A DNA stretch of 62,354 bases from a virus (taxonomy: Duplodnaviria > Caudoviricetes): positions 1-62,354 of IMG/VR virus record IMGVR_UViG_3300015158_000001. The stretch is one strand, 5' to 3'. Of the stretch, positions 18,323 through 28,478 are shown one piece after another. Made by a program: the position numbers and the translations under genes. The notes under the pieces were generated by a model. That model ran no database searches. It was not told where the DNA came from and saw only the letters and a list, made by a program, of their open reading frames with translations. How positions within the stretch are numbered: the stretch's first letter is position 1; each line of letters opens with the position of its first letter.

Positions 18323-19817
18323 TCTCGCGGGTTACGAGTTCGACTGGCGGTTCTGGGGGAGACACAATCAGATCGCGCCGCCGGGTGAGTGGGCGGTCTG
18401 GCTGATCTTGGCCGGCCGCGGCTTCGGCAAGACCCGCACCGGTGCTGAGTGGGTCCGCGAGAGCATGTGCGGCGACACGCCGCTCACGGGCGGCAAATAT
18501 CGCCACATGGCGTTGATTGCCGAGACGGCGGCCGACGCGCGCGAGGTGATGGTTGGAGATGGCAAGGCACCAAGCGATCCCACTGCCGGCAGCGGCATCC
18601 TGCAGGTGCATCATCCTGACTTTCTGCCGAACTACGAGCCCTCTAAACGACGACTGACCTGGCCGAACGGCGCGATCGCGACGATCTACAACGCGGTGGA
18701 ACCCGAGCAACTGCGCGGCCCACAACATAATGCAGCCTGGGGTGACGAGCTCGCGAAGTGGCGATACGGGCAGGACACCTTCGATCAGCTCGAGTTCGGC
18801 CTCCGCATGGGCAAGGACCCGCGCATCGTCATCACGACCACGCCGAAGCCGATCAAGTTGCTCAAGGATATCATCGCCGATCCTGAGACGCTGATCACGC
18901 GCGGATCGACATTCGACAATGCGTCCAATCTGGCGCCGCGATTTCTCGCGCGGCTGCTGCGCAAATACGAGGGGACGCGGCTCGGCCGGCAGGAACTGTA
19001 TGCCGATGTGCTCGACGACGTCCCGGGTGCACTGTGGTCGCGCGCGCGGATCGACGAGCTGAGGGTCAAGCCCGGCGGCGTGCCGCAGCTCACCCGCGTG
19101 GTGATCGCCATCGATCCCGCGGTGACGAGCGGGGAGGATGCGGACGAAACCGGCATCATCGGTGCTGGCGTCGGGGTAGACGGTCACGGCTATGTGCTCG
19201 ACGACGTGTCCGGCATCTACAAACCGACCGAGTGGGCGAAGGAAGCGATCGCCACCTACCGGGCGCGCAAGGGCGACCGCATTATCGCCGAAGTGAACAA
19301 CGGCGGCGAGATGGTCGAAGGCACCATCCGCGTCGTCGATGCCAATGTCCCGTTCAAGGCGGTGCACGCTTCACGCGGCAAGGTCACGCGCGCCGAGCCG
19401 GTCTCGGCTCTCTACGAGCAGGGCAGGGTGCATCACGTCGGTGCCTTCGCGGTGCTGGAAGATCAGCTCTGCGCCTTCACGTCGGACTTCGATCGCAAGT
19501 CCGCTGGTTATTCTCCCGATCGGCTCGACGCTCTGGTCTGGGCGCTCACCGAGCTGATGGTGGGCGAGAGCGACACCGGCTTGATCGAGTACTACCGGCG
19601 CGAAGCCGCCAAGGTCAAAACCGACGCCGCCGGCGGGCCGACAGGCCAAAAGAAGCCGCCCGCTTCGTTCAAGCGACTGAAGGCGCCGCCTGGCATGTCG
19701 ACTGCGTACGGCATGACCGGCACAAGCTACTCGGTCGATGCCGACGGCATGATCGCCGTGCATCCGGACGACGAAGGCCCGCTGCGTAGGGCCGGCTTCA
19801 CCACACCCGAAACCTGA
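18204..19817 (+). CDS. terL: Terminase large subunit
   Basis: AGRGFGKTRTGAEW, LRGPQ...WGDE, TTTP, VIAIDPA, SPDRLDALVWAL. Confidence 0.95.
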   Translation: MQPDSASSIDSTISANASRAELMVSLSPQEQAEYQKELGNLAGYEFDWRFWGRHNQIAPPGEWAVWLILAGRGFGKTRTGAEWVRESMCGDTPLTGGKYRHMALIAETAADAREVMVGDGKAPSDPTAGSGILQVHHPDFLPNYEPSKRRLTWPNGAIATIYNAVEPEQLRGPQHNAAWGDELAKWRYGQDTFDQLEFGLRMGKDPRIVITTTPKPIKLLKDIIADPETLITRGSTFDNASNLAPRFLARLLRKYEGTRLGRQELYADVLDDVPGALWSRARIDELRVKPGGVPQLTRVVIAIDPAVTSGEDADETGIIGAGVGVDGHGYVLDDVSGIYKPTEWAKEAIATYRARKGDRIIAEVNNGGEMVEGTIRVVDANVPFKAVHASRGKVTRAEPVSALYEQGRVHHVGAFAVLEDQLCAFTSDFDRKSAGYSPDRLDALVWALTELMVGESDTGLIEYYRREAAKVKTDAAGGPTGQKKPPASFKRLKAPPGMSTAYGMTGTSYSVDADGMIAVHPDDEGPLRRAGFTTPET

Positions 19818-19863
19818 GACCCGTTCACCCCATCCTCAACAACCTGACCTGGAGAACGCCACC

Positions 19864-20529
19864 ATGGCGACGAAAATGTTTGCGCCTTCCGGCCGCACAG
19901 GCCTCGTGCAGGGCGGCGCGTCCGGCACCTCGTACACCATCGGCACCGACGGCTCGATCTCGGCGAATATCGCCGACGTGCTCGCGCTCGAGGCGGCGGG
20001 CTTCACCCAAGCGAACCGCACCTCGAATTCGGCGAACGGCTTGAGTGCTGCCAATCTGCCGCTGTTCCACTTCAAGAATGCCGACGGCACCACGCTGGCG
20101 GCTGCGGCCGCGGCGGGCAAGTTCGGCCTTACCGAGACGATCGGGACGGGTGAGAACCTGGTCACTGAGGCCGCGAACAACAACGCCAAGAGCGATGCGG
20201 CGATCTTCCAGCACGTGCTGCCGGCGAACTATGTGGCGGCTCAGGATCTGAGCCTCGTCGTCAATCAGCAGATCGTGATCGGTTCGGGCACGCTGTCGGT
20301 GAAGACGTTGACGCCCGACGTGCGCAAGAAATCGACCGACGGCACCGTCGGCGCCAATCTGGCCAGTGTCGCGCAGAACATGACCAACGCGGCGGGCGAT
20401 CTCACCTTCACGATCACCGGCGCTACGCTCTCGCCTGGCGATATTCTGGTCGGACAGCTTACCGCGGCCATCACCGAGACCGCGGCCTCCGCCGTCACCG
20501 CCAAGATCAACTCGGTCCGCATCTCGTAA
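19864..20529 (+). CDS. Virion structural protein (head decoration-like)
   Basis: Ala/Gly/Thr-rich, strong RBS, between terL and portal. Confidence 0.55.
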   Translation: MATKMFAPSGRTGLVQGGASGTSYTIGTDGSISANIADVLALEAAGFTQANRTSNSANGLSAANLPLFHFKNADGTTLAAAAAAGKFGLTETIGTGENLVTEAANNNAKSDAAIFQHVLPANYVAAQDLSLVVNQQIVIGSGTLSVKTLTPDVRKKSTDGTVGANLASVAQNMTNAAGDLTFTITGATLSPGDILVGQLTAAITETAASAVTAKINSVRIS

Positions 20530-20555
20530 GCGGCGCGAACTGAGACGCTCCCGCC

Positions 20556-22874
20556 ATGATCACGCGTGATACCCAGGCCAACGCCGCGGCGGTGATCCCG
20601 CTCGGCGGCTATGGCATCACCGTGAGCTATGGTCAGCAGGGCGGAGCCGGACCAGGCTGGTTCGGTCCGCTCGCGCCGATGACCCCGGTGGCGCCGCCTT
20701 CCGTGAAGGGCCGGCGCTTCGATTTTCCGAGCGGCTACAATCTCAATCAGCGCGCGCGCGCCTATGAGCGCATCGGGTTTGATGAACTGCGGGCGCTGGC
20801 GGATAACTACGATCTGCTGCGGATCGTCATTGAAACCCGCAAGGACCAGGTCGAGCGCTTGCCGTGGCGCATCGCGCCGCGCGAGGACGAATACGGCACG
20901 AGCGGAAACGAACCCTCAAAGGCGCTCTTAGCTCGGTCGAAGGAGATTCGCGACTTTCTGCGGAAACCCGACAAACGGCTGCCCTGGGCACAATGGACGC
21001 GCGAGCTGCTCGAAGACTTGTTCGTCATTGATGCGCCGTCGATCTATAAGCGGCCCACTCGCGGCGGATCTCTGTTCGCACTCGAAGTCATCAACGGTGC
21101 GACCATCAAGCCGATCATCGATGACGGCGGCCGCATGCCGCTTCCGCCGCTGCCGGCCTATCAGCAGGTGCTCAAGGGCATGCCTGCTTCGGAATACCGT
21201 GCGGACGAGTTGATATATCGCCCACGCAACGTCCGCTCGAATCGGGTTTATGGTTTTTCCCCGGTCGAGCAGATCGTGATGACGGTCAACATCGCGCTGC
21301 GGCGTCAATTGTCGCAGATGCAGTACTACACCGAGGGCAATATTCCTGAGGCGCTGATCGGCGTGCCCGACACGTGGACGCCCGAACAGGTGAGCGCGTT
21401 CCAGCAGCACTGGGATGAAACGCTTGAAGGAAGCTCGGCGCGAAGGCGTCACGCCAAGTTCGTCCCCGGCGGCGTCGGCAAGACGTTCATTCCGACCAAG
21501 GAGCCCGAGCTTAAGAACGTCTTCGACGAATGGCTCGCGCGCGTGGTCTGCTTCAGCTTTTCCATTCCGCCTTCGCCGTTCGTCGCGCAGGTCAATCGCG
21601 CCACCGCCGAGACCGCGCAGGAGCAGTCGCTCGAGGAGGGCCTCGAGCCGGTGAAGCAATGGCTCAAGGACCTGATTGACGATATTCTCATTGAGGACTT
21701 CGGCGAGACCGATCTCGAATTCCGCTGGGGTGAGACCAAGAAGGTCGATCCGGATCAGCAGGCGACCCGTATCATCGGTCTTGTCGGCAGCGCCCTGATG
21801 CGCCCGAATGAGGGACGCGCCGAACTAGGCCTCGAGATCGACCCAAATCCTGCCGCCGACATGCTCGGCATCAAGACTGGCACCGGCTTCGTTCCGATCG
21901 AGGCGCTCACCATCGAAGGCAAGCAGGCCAATCTCGACGCGTTCGGGCCGCCCGAGGTGCCCGGCGCGATTCCGGATAAGGGGGGGGCTTCTTCGGAATC
22001 GGGTTCAAATCCCGGTGGGAAAGTGAACCCGCTGGCCCCGGGCAAGCCCGACAAGCCGGATAAGGGCGCCACGGAAAAGTTCGCAAAAGCTCGCATCCGG
22101 ATCCGGAGGCCGGGCCCGGTCCCTTTTGACCGTCCGGCGGTCCGCAAGGCGATCCGCGCGATCAGCCTAACGGTCCGCAAGGCGCTCGTTAAGGCAGGTC
22201 AGGACGTTGCAGCACAAATCGGCGACGCCCTTTCAAAAGTCGCCAAGGACGAGCAGTCCAACCAGAAAAGGGCGACCGATATTGCTGCCGCGATTTCGCT
22301 GCGCGACTTCCTCGAGCAAATCGACGGCGTGAGCGACAATCTCGCGCCAGTTGCCGCCGACGCAATGGAGCTCGCGCTCGCGCAGGTCGGCGTCACGGAC
22401 AGGAGCGATCTCGTCAACCAGGTCAACGACGCTGCGGTCGAGCAGGCGAGGGCCCAGGCGGCCGAGCTGGTCACCCGCATCGATGAGGCGACCCGCAACA
22501 CAATCCGCGACACGATCGCGGACGGGCTCGAGGAGAACATCGGGACCGACGAAATCGCCGACGCGATCGCTGCCTCGACCGGGTTCTCGGCCGATCGTGC
22601 CGACCTGATCGCGCGCACCGAGGTTTCGCGGGCGAATAGCGATGCGGTGGTCGCGGGCTATGCTTATGCGCGCGACAATGCCGGCGTGAAGGTCAAAAAG
22701 GAATGGTTGCTCGGGGAAAACCCGTGCGACATCTGCGAGGCGAACGCCGAAGCCGGACCGATCGACGTCGACGATGAATTCCCCTCTGGGGATGACGCGC
22801 CACCCGGGCATCCGAACTGCGAATGCGCGGTCGCACCGGTGGTCGAGGACGAACAAGAAGAGCCGGAGAATTAA
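20556..22874 (+). CDS. Portal protein fused to a MuF-like head morphogenesis domain
   Basis: Portal motifs YRPRN...YGFSPVE, NRATAE, RPNEGRAELGL; C-terminal IARTE...KKEWL...CDIC...PPGHPNCEC. Confidence 0.85.
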   Translation: MITRDTQANAAAVIPLGGYGITVSYGQQGGAGPGWFGPLAPMTPVAPPSVKGRRFDFPSGYNLNQRARAYERIGFDELRALADNYDLLRIVIETRKDQVERLPWRIAPREDEYGTSGNEPSKALLARSKEIRDFLRKPDKRLPWAQWTRELLEDLFVIDAPSIYKRPTRGGSLFALEVINGATIKPIIDDGGRMPLPPLPAYQQVLKGMPASEYRADELIYRPRNVRSNRVYGFSPVEQIVMTVNIALRRQLSQMQYYTEGNIPEALIGVPDTWTPEQVSAFQQHWDETLEGSSARRRHAKFVPGGVGKTFIPTKEPELKNVFDEWLARVVCFSFSIPPSPFVAQVNRATAETAQEQSLEEGLEPVKQWLKDLIDDILIEDFGETDLEFRWGETKKVDPDQQATRIIGLVGSALMRPNEGRAELGLEIDPNPAADMLGIKTGTGFVPIEALTIEGKQANLDAFGPPEVPGAIPDKGGASSESGSNPGGKVNPLAPGKPDKPDKGATEKFAKARIRIRRPGPVPFDRPAVRKAIRAISLTVRKALVKAGQDVAAQIGDALSKVAKDEQSNQKRATDIAAAISLRDFLEQIDGVSDNLAPVAADAMELALAQVGVTDRSDLVNQVNDAAVEQARAQAAELVTRIDEATRNTIRDTIADGLEENIGTDEIADAIAASTGFSADRADLIARTEVSRANSDAVVAGYAYARDNAGVKVKKEWLLGENPCDICEANAEAGPIDVDDEFPSGDDAPPGHPNCECAVAPVVEDEQEEPEN

Positions 22875-22930
22875 GTCCCTGCAACCTTACAGACGTTGTT
22901 GCGGGGTCGGAATCACTCGATTATGCGCAA

Positions 22931-23140
22931 ATGACGCTTTACGCCGTCACGAAGTCGCCCGTCGATCTGGAAGGCACCGTGGAATTCATAGGTGTCTTCT
23001 CGACGCGTGCGCGCGCGATCGCGGGCTGCACCGGCGCCGGCACCTATACGATCGCGCACATGCAGCTCGATCGCATCTATCGCGGCGATCTGCTCGACGT
23101 GGAAATCCATCGGGTCGTGGGCGATCTCGAAGTGAACTAA
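22931..23140 (+). CDS. hypothetical protein
   Basis: MTLYAVTK...FIGVFSTRARA. Confidence 0.45.
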   Translation: MTLYAVTKSPVDLEGTVEFIGVFSTRARAIAGCTGAGTYTIAHMQLDRIYRGDLLDVEIHRVVGDLEVN

Positions 23141-23272
23141 TGCGCCTCGCGACGCCGTAGCGTCGCTCGACCCTTTCCGCCACCTCAGTCATGCACGCGC
23201 ACGCGGACCTCCGCGGGCGCCGGCATGCGTTTTCGTAAATCACCACCGCCTGCCAGCCCCAAGGGGAGCACG

Positions 23273-25054
23273 ATGAAAGACCTCAAGCTGTTCGTCCAAC
23301 TCGCGAAGGTCGACGCTGCCCAGCGCATCGTCTACGGCACCGCGGTGACCGAGACGCCGGACTTCGTGAAGGAAGTCTTCGACTACGACACCTCGAAGCC
23401 GCTGTTCGAGGCATGGTCCGAGAAGATCCACAAAGCGACCGACGGCAAGAGCATGGGCAATGTGCGCGCCATGCACGGCAAGGTCGCCGCCGGCAAGCTC
23501 ACCCAGATCGGCTTCGACGACACGCGCAAGGCAATCGATGTCGCGGCGAAGATCGTCGACGACGCCGAATGGGCCAAGGTCCAGGAGGGCGTCTACACCG
23601 GATTCTCGATCGGCGGCCGCTACGTCAAGAAATGGAAGGATGGCGATAACCAGCGCTATACGGCCGAGCCTGCCGAGATATCGCTCGTCGATCTGCCGTG
23701 CATCGCCGACGCGCAGTTCTCCATGATCAAGGCCGATGGCTCGCAGGAGCTGCGCAAATTCAAATCCGCCGGCGCGCCGGAAGTGCCCGTCATCGCGAAT
23801 GACGCGATCGCCGCCAAGGCGACCGAGCTTGCGAAGGCCGCGGGCGACGAGACGAAGTGGGTCGACCACATCGCGGCCGCGCGCGAGGAGCTCACAAAGG
23901 CTGCGGCGCCGGCGCCAGTCGTCAAAGAGCCGGTCGTCGAGAAGACCGCCGAGCCTGCGAAGGTCGAGCCGGAAGCGAAGGCTGCAGGCGACGGGCCGTG
24001 GGAGCAGGTGTGGGTCTCGAAAGACCTGCCCAACCAGCAATTCAAGACCAAGGGCGAACTGCGCGCCGCGCTGCTCGAAAAGAGCGCAACCGACGACGTC
24101 GCGAAGAAAGCCGCTCCCGTCACCGACGCGCTCGCCGCGATCGGCGCCGAACTCACGAAACGCGATGGCGGCCCGGCCAAGGTCGAGCCCACCGCAAAGG
24201 ACGCCGCGAAGGTGAATGCCGGGGACGGCAAGACACCGCGCGTGTGCAAGATCGCCAGCATGGCGACCTTCGCCCAGGACCTCGCCAAGATCGCCGATCC
24301 CGCAAGGTCGGCCGATCTCTGCCGGAAGGGCCTCTATGACGTTGGCCGCCTGGCCGGCCTGATCAGCGAATTGAAGTGGCTGCAAGACGCCCTGCGCTGG
24401 GAAGCGCTCACCGAGGGCGACGGTTCGGCGGTGCCGGGCCAGCTGAAGGCGTCACTCGTGATGTTGTGCGATGTGCTGTGCAACCTCGTGGCCGAGGAAA
24501 CCGCGGAATTCATTTCCAGCGTTCCGGATGTCGCCATCATCGAACTAGCGGCCGGCATGCTGCCGCACGGGCATATCGACGCCCTGGTCAAGCTATCGGC
24601 GGGGACGCCGGATCTGGCCAAGGTCAACGACGTACTGCAGAAGGTCGGCGCGCGTCACAGCAAGCCCGACAACGAACGCATCGGCAAGGCCCATGACCTG
24701 CTGGTGGAGCTCGGAGCAACTTGCGGCGGGGACGCCGCGAAGAATGCGCCCGCGGAGCTTGCGAAGCGCATCGACGAATTGTCCAAACTCACGGCCGAGC
24801 GCGATGCTCTCGCAAAGCAGCTCGACGGCCTCGTTCCGACGCTCACCGATATTCTCACGCGCGTGAAGAAGATCGAAGCGCAGCCCATGCCCGGTGGACC
24901 GGCGCGCATGGCGGGACCTGTTTCGAAAGAACGCGACGGGCTCGATGTCACCAAGACGATCGAAGGCATGAGCGCCGAAGATTTGCTCACGACCGTGATC
25001 AAGGCCGCGCAGTCGCAAGGCCGCGTCATCACACAGATCGGCCAGTCGGCCTGA
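23273..25054 (+). CDS. Prohead protease (XkdF-like) with scaffold extension
   Basis: KVDAAQRIVYG, VRAMH, GVYTGFSIGG, EISLVDLP; coiled-coil C-terminus. Confidence 0.85.
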   Translation: MKDLKLFVQLAKVDAAQRIVYGTAVTETPDFVKEVFDYDTSKPLFEAWSEKIHKATDGKSMGNVRAMHGKVAAGKLTQIGFDDTRKAIDVAAKIVDDAEWAKVQEGVYTGFSIGGRYVKKWKDGDNQRYTAEPAEISLVDLPCIADAQFSMIKADGSQELRKFKSAGAPEVPVIANDAIAAKATELAKAAGDETKWVDHIAAAREELTKAAAPAPVVKEPVVEKTAEPAKVEPEAKAAGDGPWEQVWVSKDLPNQQFKTKGELRAALLEKSATDDVAKKAAPVTDALAAIGAELTKRDGGPAKVEPTAKDAAKVNAGDGKTPRVCKIASMATFAQDLAKIADPARSADLCRKGLYDVGRLAGLISELKWLQDALRWEALTEGDGSAVPGQLKASLVMLCDVLCNLVAEETAEFISSVPDVAIIELAAGMLPHGHIDALVKLSAGTPDLAKVNDVLQKVGARHSKPDNERIGKAHDLLVELGATCGGDAAKNAPAELAKRIDELSKLTAERDALAKQLDGLVPTLTDILTRVKKIEAQPMPGGPARMAGPVSKERDGLDVTKTIEGMSAEDLLTTVIKAAQSQGRVITQIGQSA

Positions 25055-25061
25055 TCGACCG

Positions 25062-25166
25062 GCGCCGGGGACGGCGCACCGCACCACCGCACGAAAAGCG
25101 ACTGAACGCATCGCCGGGGACGGCGCCGCGCAGCTGATCGCTGTCTCGAACACGGCCGGGGACGGC
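25062..25166 (+). repeat. Three GCCG-GGGA-CGGC hairpins in the capsid gene leader
   Basis: Copies at 25062-25077, 25112-25125 and 25155-25166. Confidence 0.8.
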
Positions 25167-25219
25167 TCGAAGCCGCGCGTCCAGCGCAACCCCCATTCAT
25201 CCCTTCAGGAGTATCCGTA

Positions 25220-26746
25220 ATGGATCCCGCACTGCTTCAGCAGGTCCTTGACGCTATCGCCAAGGCCCAAGGCGCCCCGATCACCGATCCGCGCCTCGCC
25301 AAGATGCTCGAGAAGTCGACGTTCTCTCAATCGGGAACGGCAACCTCCGGCATGACAATGTACAGCTTGGAGCTCGGCGCCAAGCTGCTCTATCCGGTCC
25401 TCACTCCGTTGCGCAACATGATCCCGCGCGTCGGCGGCGGTGAAGGCATCCAGGCGGCATGGCGCGCCATCACGGCCATCAACACCTCGGGCCTGCGCGT
25501 CGGTGTCTCCGGCGGCAATCGCGGCGGCGTCATGGCGGTCTCGTCCGCCGACTACACCGCGGCCTTCAAGGGCCTCGGCATCGAGTCGAACGTCGACTTC
25601 GAGGCGGGTTATGCCGCGAAGGGCTTCGACGACGTGCGCGCGCTCGCAGCTCGCATGGGCCTCGAGGCGACGATGCTCGGCGAGGAACAGGTCCTCCTCG
25701 GCGGCAACAACTCGATCGCGCTCGGCACCACGCCGACCCCGACCGTGGCCGATGTCGGGACCGGCGGCACGCTTGCCGCCAACCTTGTGGTCAGCGTCAT
25801 CTGCGTCGCGCTCACGCTCGACGGCATGATCAACGGTTCGGTTGCCGGCGGCATCCAGGGCCAGATCACCCGCACCAACGCCGACGGTTCGTCCGATGTG
25901 TTCGGCGGCGGCGCGGCGCGCAAATCGGTCGCGGGCGCCGTCACCACGGCAAACGACGGCAATGCCACCCACAAGGTCACGGCGTCCGTGGCCGCGGTCA
26001 ATGGCGCAGTCGGTTATGCCTGGTTCTGGGGCACGGCCGGCAACGAAGTGCTCGGCGCGATCACGCCGATCAACTCGCTTGCGATCACGGCGACGGCCGC
26101 GGGCTCCATGACCGCCGCTTCGCTCGGCGCCGGCGACAACTCGCAGAACACGCTCGTGTTCGACGGGCTGCTCACCCAGGCGTTCAAGTCGGGCTCCAAC
26201 GCCTACATCAAGACGATGGCGACGGGCACCGTCGGCGCCGGGACCGGGCTCACCGCCGACAACGCCGGCGGCGTCACCGAGATCGACGACATGCTCCAGA
26301 GCATGTGGGACAATTATCGGCTCTCCCCCGATACGTTCTGGGTCAACTCCCAGGAGGCGCGCAACATCTCCAAGAAGATCCTTGCGTCCACCTCGGGCAA
26401 CCCGGGTGCGCAGCGCTTCGTCTTCACCGCGGACCAGGCGCAGATCGGCGGCGGCATCATGGTCCGCACCTATCTGAACAAGTTCTCGATGGCGGGCGGA
26501 TCGTCGATCGACATCAAGGTGCATCCGAACGTTCCGGCTGGCACCCTGTTGGCGACCTCGCGCGGGCTGCCGTACCCGCTCGCGAACGTGCCGAGCGTGT
26601 TCCGCGTCCTCACGCGGCAGGATTACTACCAGCTGGAATGGCCGCTGCGCTCGCGCAAGTACGAGTACGGCGTCTATGCGGACGAAGTGCTGCAGCACTA
26701 CTTCCCGCCGTCCATGGGCGTGATCACCAACATCGGCAACGCGTAA
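25220..26746 (+). CDS. Major capsid protein with an inserted beta-rich domain
   Basis: LYPVLTPLRNMIPRV...YEYGVYADEVL; follows the protease; AGGAG RBS; followed by a terminator. Confidence 0.85.
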   Translation: MDPALLQQVLDAIAKAQGAPITDPRLAKMLEKSTFSQSGTATSGMTMYSLELGAKLLYPVLTPLRNMIPRVGGGEGIQAAWRAITAINTSGLRVGVSGGNRGGVMAVSSADYTAAFKGLGIESNVDFEAGYAAKGFDDVRALAARMGLEATMLGEEQVLLGGNNSIALGTTPTPTVADVGTGGTLAANLVVSVICVALTLDGMINGSVAGGIQGQITRTNADGSSDVFGGGAARKSVAGAVTTANDGNATHKVTASVAAVNGAVGYAWFWGTAGNEVLGAITPINSLAITATAAGSMTAASLGAGDNSQNTLVFDGLLTQAFKSGSNAYIKTMATGTVGAGTGLTADNAGGVTEIDDMLQSMWDNYRLSPDTFWVNSQEARNISKKILASTSGNPGAQRFVFTADQAQIGGGIMVRTYLNKFSMAGGSSIDIKVHPNVPAGTLLATSRGLPYPLANVPSVFRVLTRQDYYQLEWPLRSRKYEYGVYADEVLQHYFPPSMGVITNIGNA

Positions 26747-26777
26747 CCGTCACGCTCTCACGCGTGACAACGACATG

Positions 26778-26805
26778 AGGGCTGGCGTCCGCGCCGGCCC
26801 TTTTC
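26778..26805 (+). terminator. Rho-independent terminator after the capsid gene
   Basis: AGGGCTGGCG-TCCG-CGCCGGCCCT followed by TTT. Confidence 0.7.
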
Positions 26806-26830
26806 GTTTGGGTCAATCCGGAGTGCGCAA

Positions 26831-27376
26831 ATGTTCAAATTGAAGCAGGCTGAAGGCGGCACGTCCGCGAGCTGGGGCGGCCAGCAATTCCTTGCCGACA
26901 TCGAGGGCTTTATCGAGGTGCCGGCGACCGCGGTCGCGGATCTTGCCGCGCATGGCTGGCAGCAGATCGGCGCGGCCATCGCTCACGTCGTCCCGGTCCA
27001 TCCGGCGCTATCCGACGATGATGCCACCCGCGTCGAATACGTGTTCGCCAACCTCGCCAAGGTCACGGACGCAAACTTCGTCGACCTCGCGAAAATCGTC
27101 ATCGCGCGCGCCGGCGAACTGCCCGCCGAAACTGCCGATGCCCTCAAGGCCGCATTCGGTGCGGTTGCGCCGGCGCCGGTCGAACCGGTCACGGCGTTTC
27201 TCAGCCATCTCGGCGAACTCAGCGTCACCGACATCGAGCAGGTGATCGGCGCCGTGATCCCGAAGGTGCAGGAGCTGATGACTGCGAAGGCTCCGCCGGC
27301 GCCCGCGCCCGCCGAGCAAGTTAGCGCTCCGGCGGCCGCGCCCGATGGCGAAGCCGCGCCGAGTGCCGCGCAATGA
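26831..27376 (+). CDS. Head-associated hypothetical protein
   Basis: Follows the capsid gene; its N-terminal motif is shared with the TerL C-terminus and ORF 19864. Confidence 0.65.
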   Translation: MFKLKQAEGGTSASWGGQQFLADIEGFIEVPATAVADLAAHGWQQIGAAIAHVVPVHPALSDDDATRVEYVFANLAKVTDANFVDLAKIVIARAGELPAETADALKAAFGAVAPAPVEPVTAFLSHLGELSVTDIEQVIGAVIPKVQELMTAKAPPAPAPAEQVSAPAAAPDGEAAPSAAQ

Positions 27377-27543
27377 ACCCGCGTGACGCACTGGTAAAGG
27401 TCCTCAACGACAACCGCATCGCGTTCAACGCCGATGCGCTGATGCAGGCGCTCGATGCGCTCGGCTTCGCGATCGCCGCGAAGGAGCCGACCGCGCTCGA
27501 CCTGGGCGCGGCAGTTCGCGCCAGCGGCCAACAGGGCGATTAA
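27373..27543 (+). CDS. small hypothetical protein
   Basis: ATGA overlap; 56 aa (manual). Confidence 0.45.
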   Translation: MNPRDALVKVLNDNRIAFNADALMQALDALGFAIAAKEPTALDLGAAVRASGQQGD

Positions 27544-27617
27544 CCCGGCCTCGCCACTTCGCTCTCAACACCACCCGCAACCGATCGCGCTCATCCGCGC
27601 CACGAGGACCTATTGCC

Positions 27618-28400
27618 ATGGATAACATCGAACGCGCCTCCGGCAACATCGACGCACTCGCGCAAGGCGTCATGGCCGAGAAGTTCCGCGGCATGATCGC
27701 GATGGAGACCCTTTACCAGCTCGAGGCGCACGACAAGTTCGGCGCGTTGCTGTGGCGGGAAACCGCGAAGAACCGCGTCGTCACGGCAGGTCTCAACAAG
27801 CTGCTCGACGCCACCTTCAAGACCGGGCTGGCGTCGCCCCTTTGGTACATCGGCATCTGCGGGCCAAGCGTTTCGGACGCGGTCACCACGAACGCTTCCA
27901 CCACGCTCACGTCGGCAACCGCCGGTTTTGCCGCTGGCGATGCCGGCCGCAACATCATCGTGCGCGGCGCCGGGGCTGCGGGCGCCGATCTCGTGACCAC
28001 CATCGCCTCGTTCACCAATTCCACAACCGTCGTGCTCGGCGCCGCTGCATCGGCTTCGCTCACGGCCGTGCCGATCATCTTCGAGGCGCGCGCGGCCGAC
28101 ATCATGTCGTCGCACGCGCCCTGGGTTGAGAGTGCGGCGTATTCCTCGCCGGGCACGCGTCCCGCCTTCACGCCGGGCACGATCGCCGCCGGATCGGTCG
28201 ACAATTCGGGCTCGCCCGCGTCCTACACCATCAACGGCAACAATACGCTGATCGGCGGGCTGTTCCTCACCGACAACAGCACGATCAGCGGCACAACCGG
28301 GACGCTCTACGGCATGGCACCGTTCACCGTGAGCTTCAGGCAGCTCAACACCTCGGACACGCTGACCGTAACCGCCACCTTGACTGCCGCGTCAACGTAA
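27618..28400 (+). CDS. Virion structural protein (fibre module)
   Basis: NRVVTAGLNKLLD...WYIG...DTLTVT; Thr/Ala-rich. Confidence 0.65.
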   Translation: MDNIERASGNIDALAQGVMAEKFRGMIAMETLYQLEAHDKFGALLWRETAKNRVVTAGLNKLLDATFKTGLASPLWYIGICGPSVSDAVTTNASTTLTSATAGFAAGDAGRNIIVRGAGAAGADLVTTIASFTNSTTVVLGAAASASLTAVPIIFEARAADIMSSHAPWVESAAYSSPGTRPAFTPGTIAAGSVDNSGSPASYTINGNNTLIGGLFLTDNSTISGTTGTLYGMAPFTVSFRQLNTSDTLTVTATLTAAST

Positions 28401-28478
28401 CGGCGCATTACGATCAACACGGCCGCCATTTTCGAGTGGCGGCCGCTGCGCTTTCCGATATCGCCAGGATAGCCGCTG

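Noticed and set aside
25062-25166. CRISPR array
   Set aside because: Repeats are only 12-16 nt, there are three copies, and no cas genes are present.
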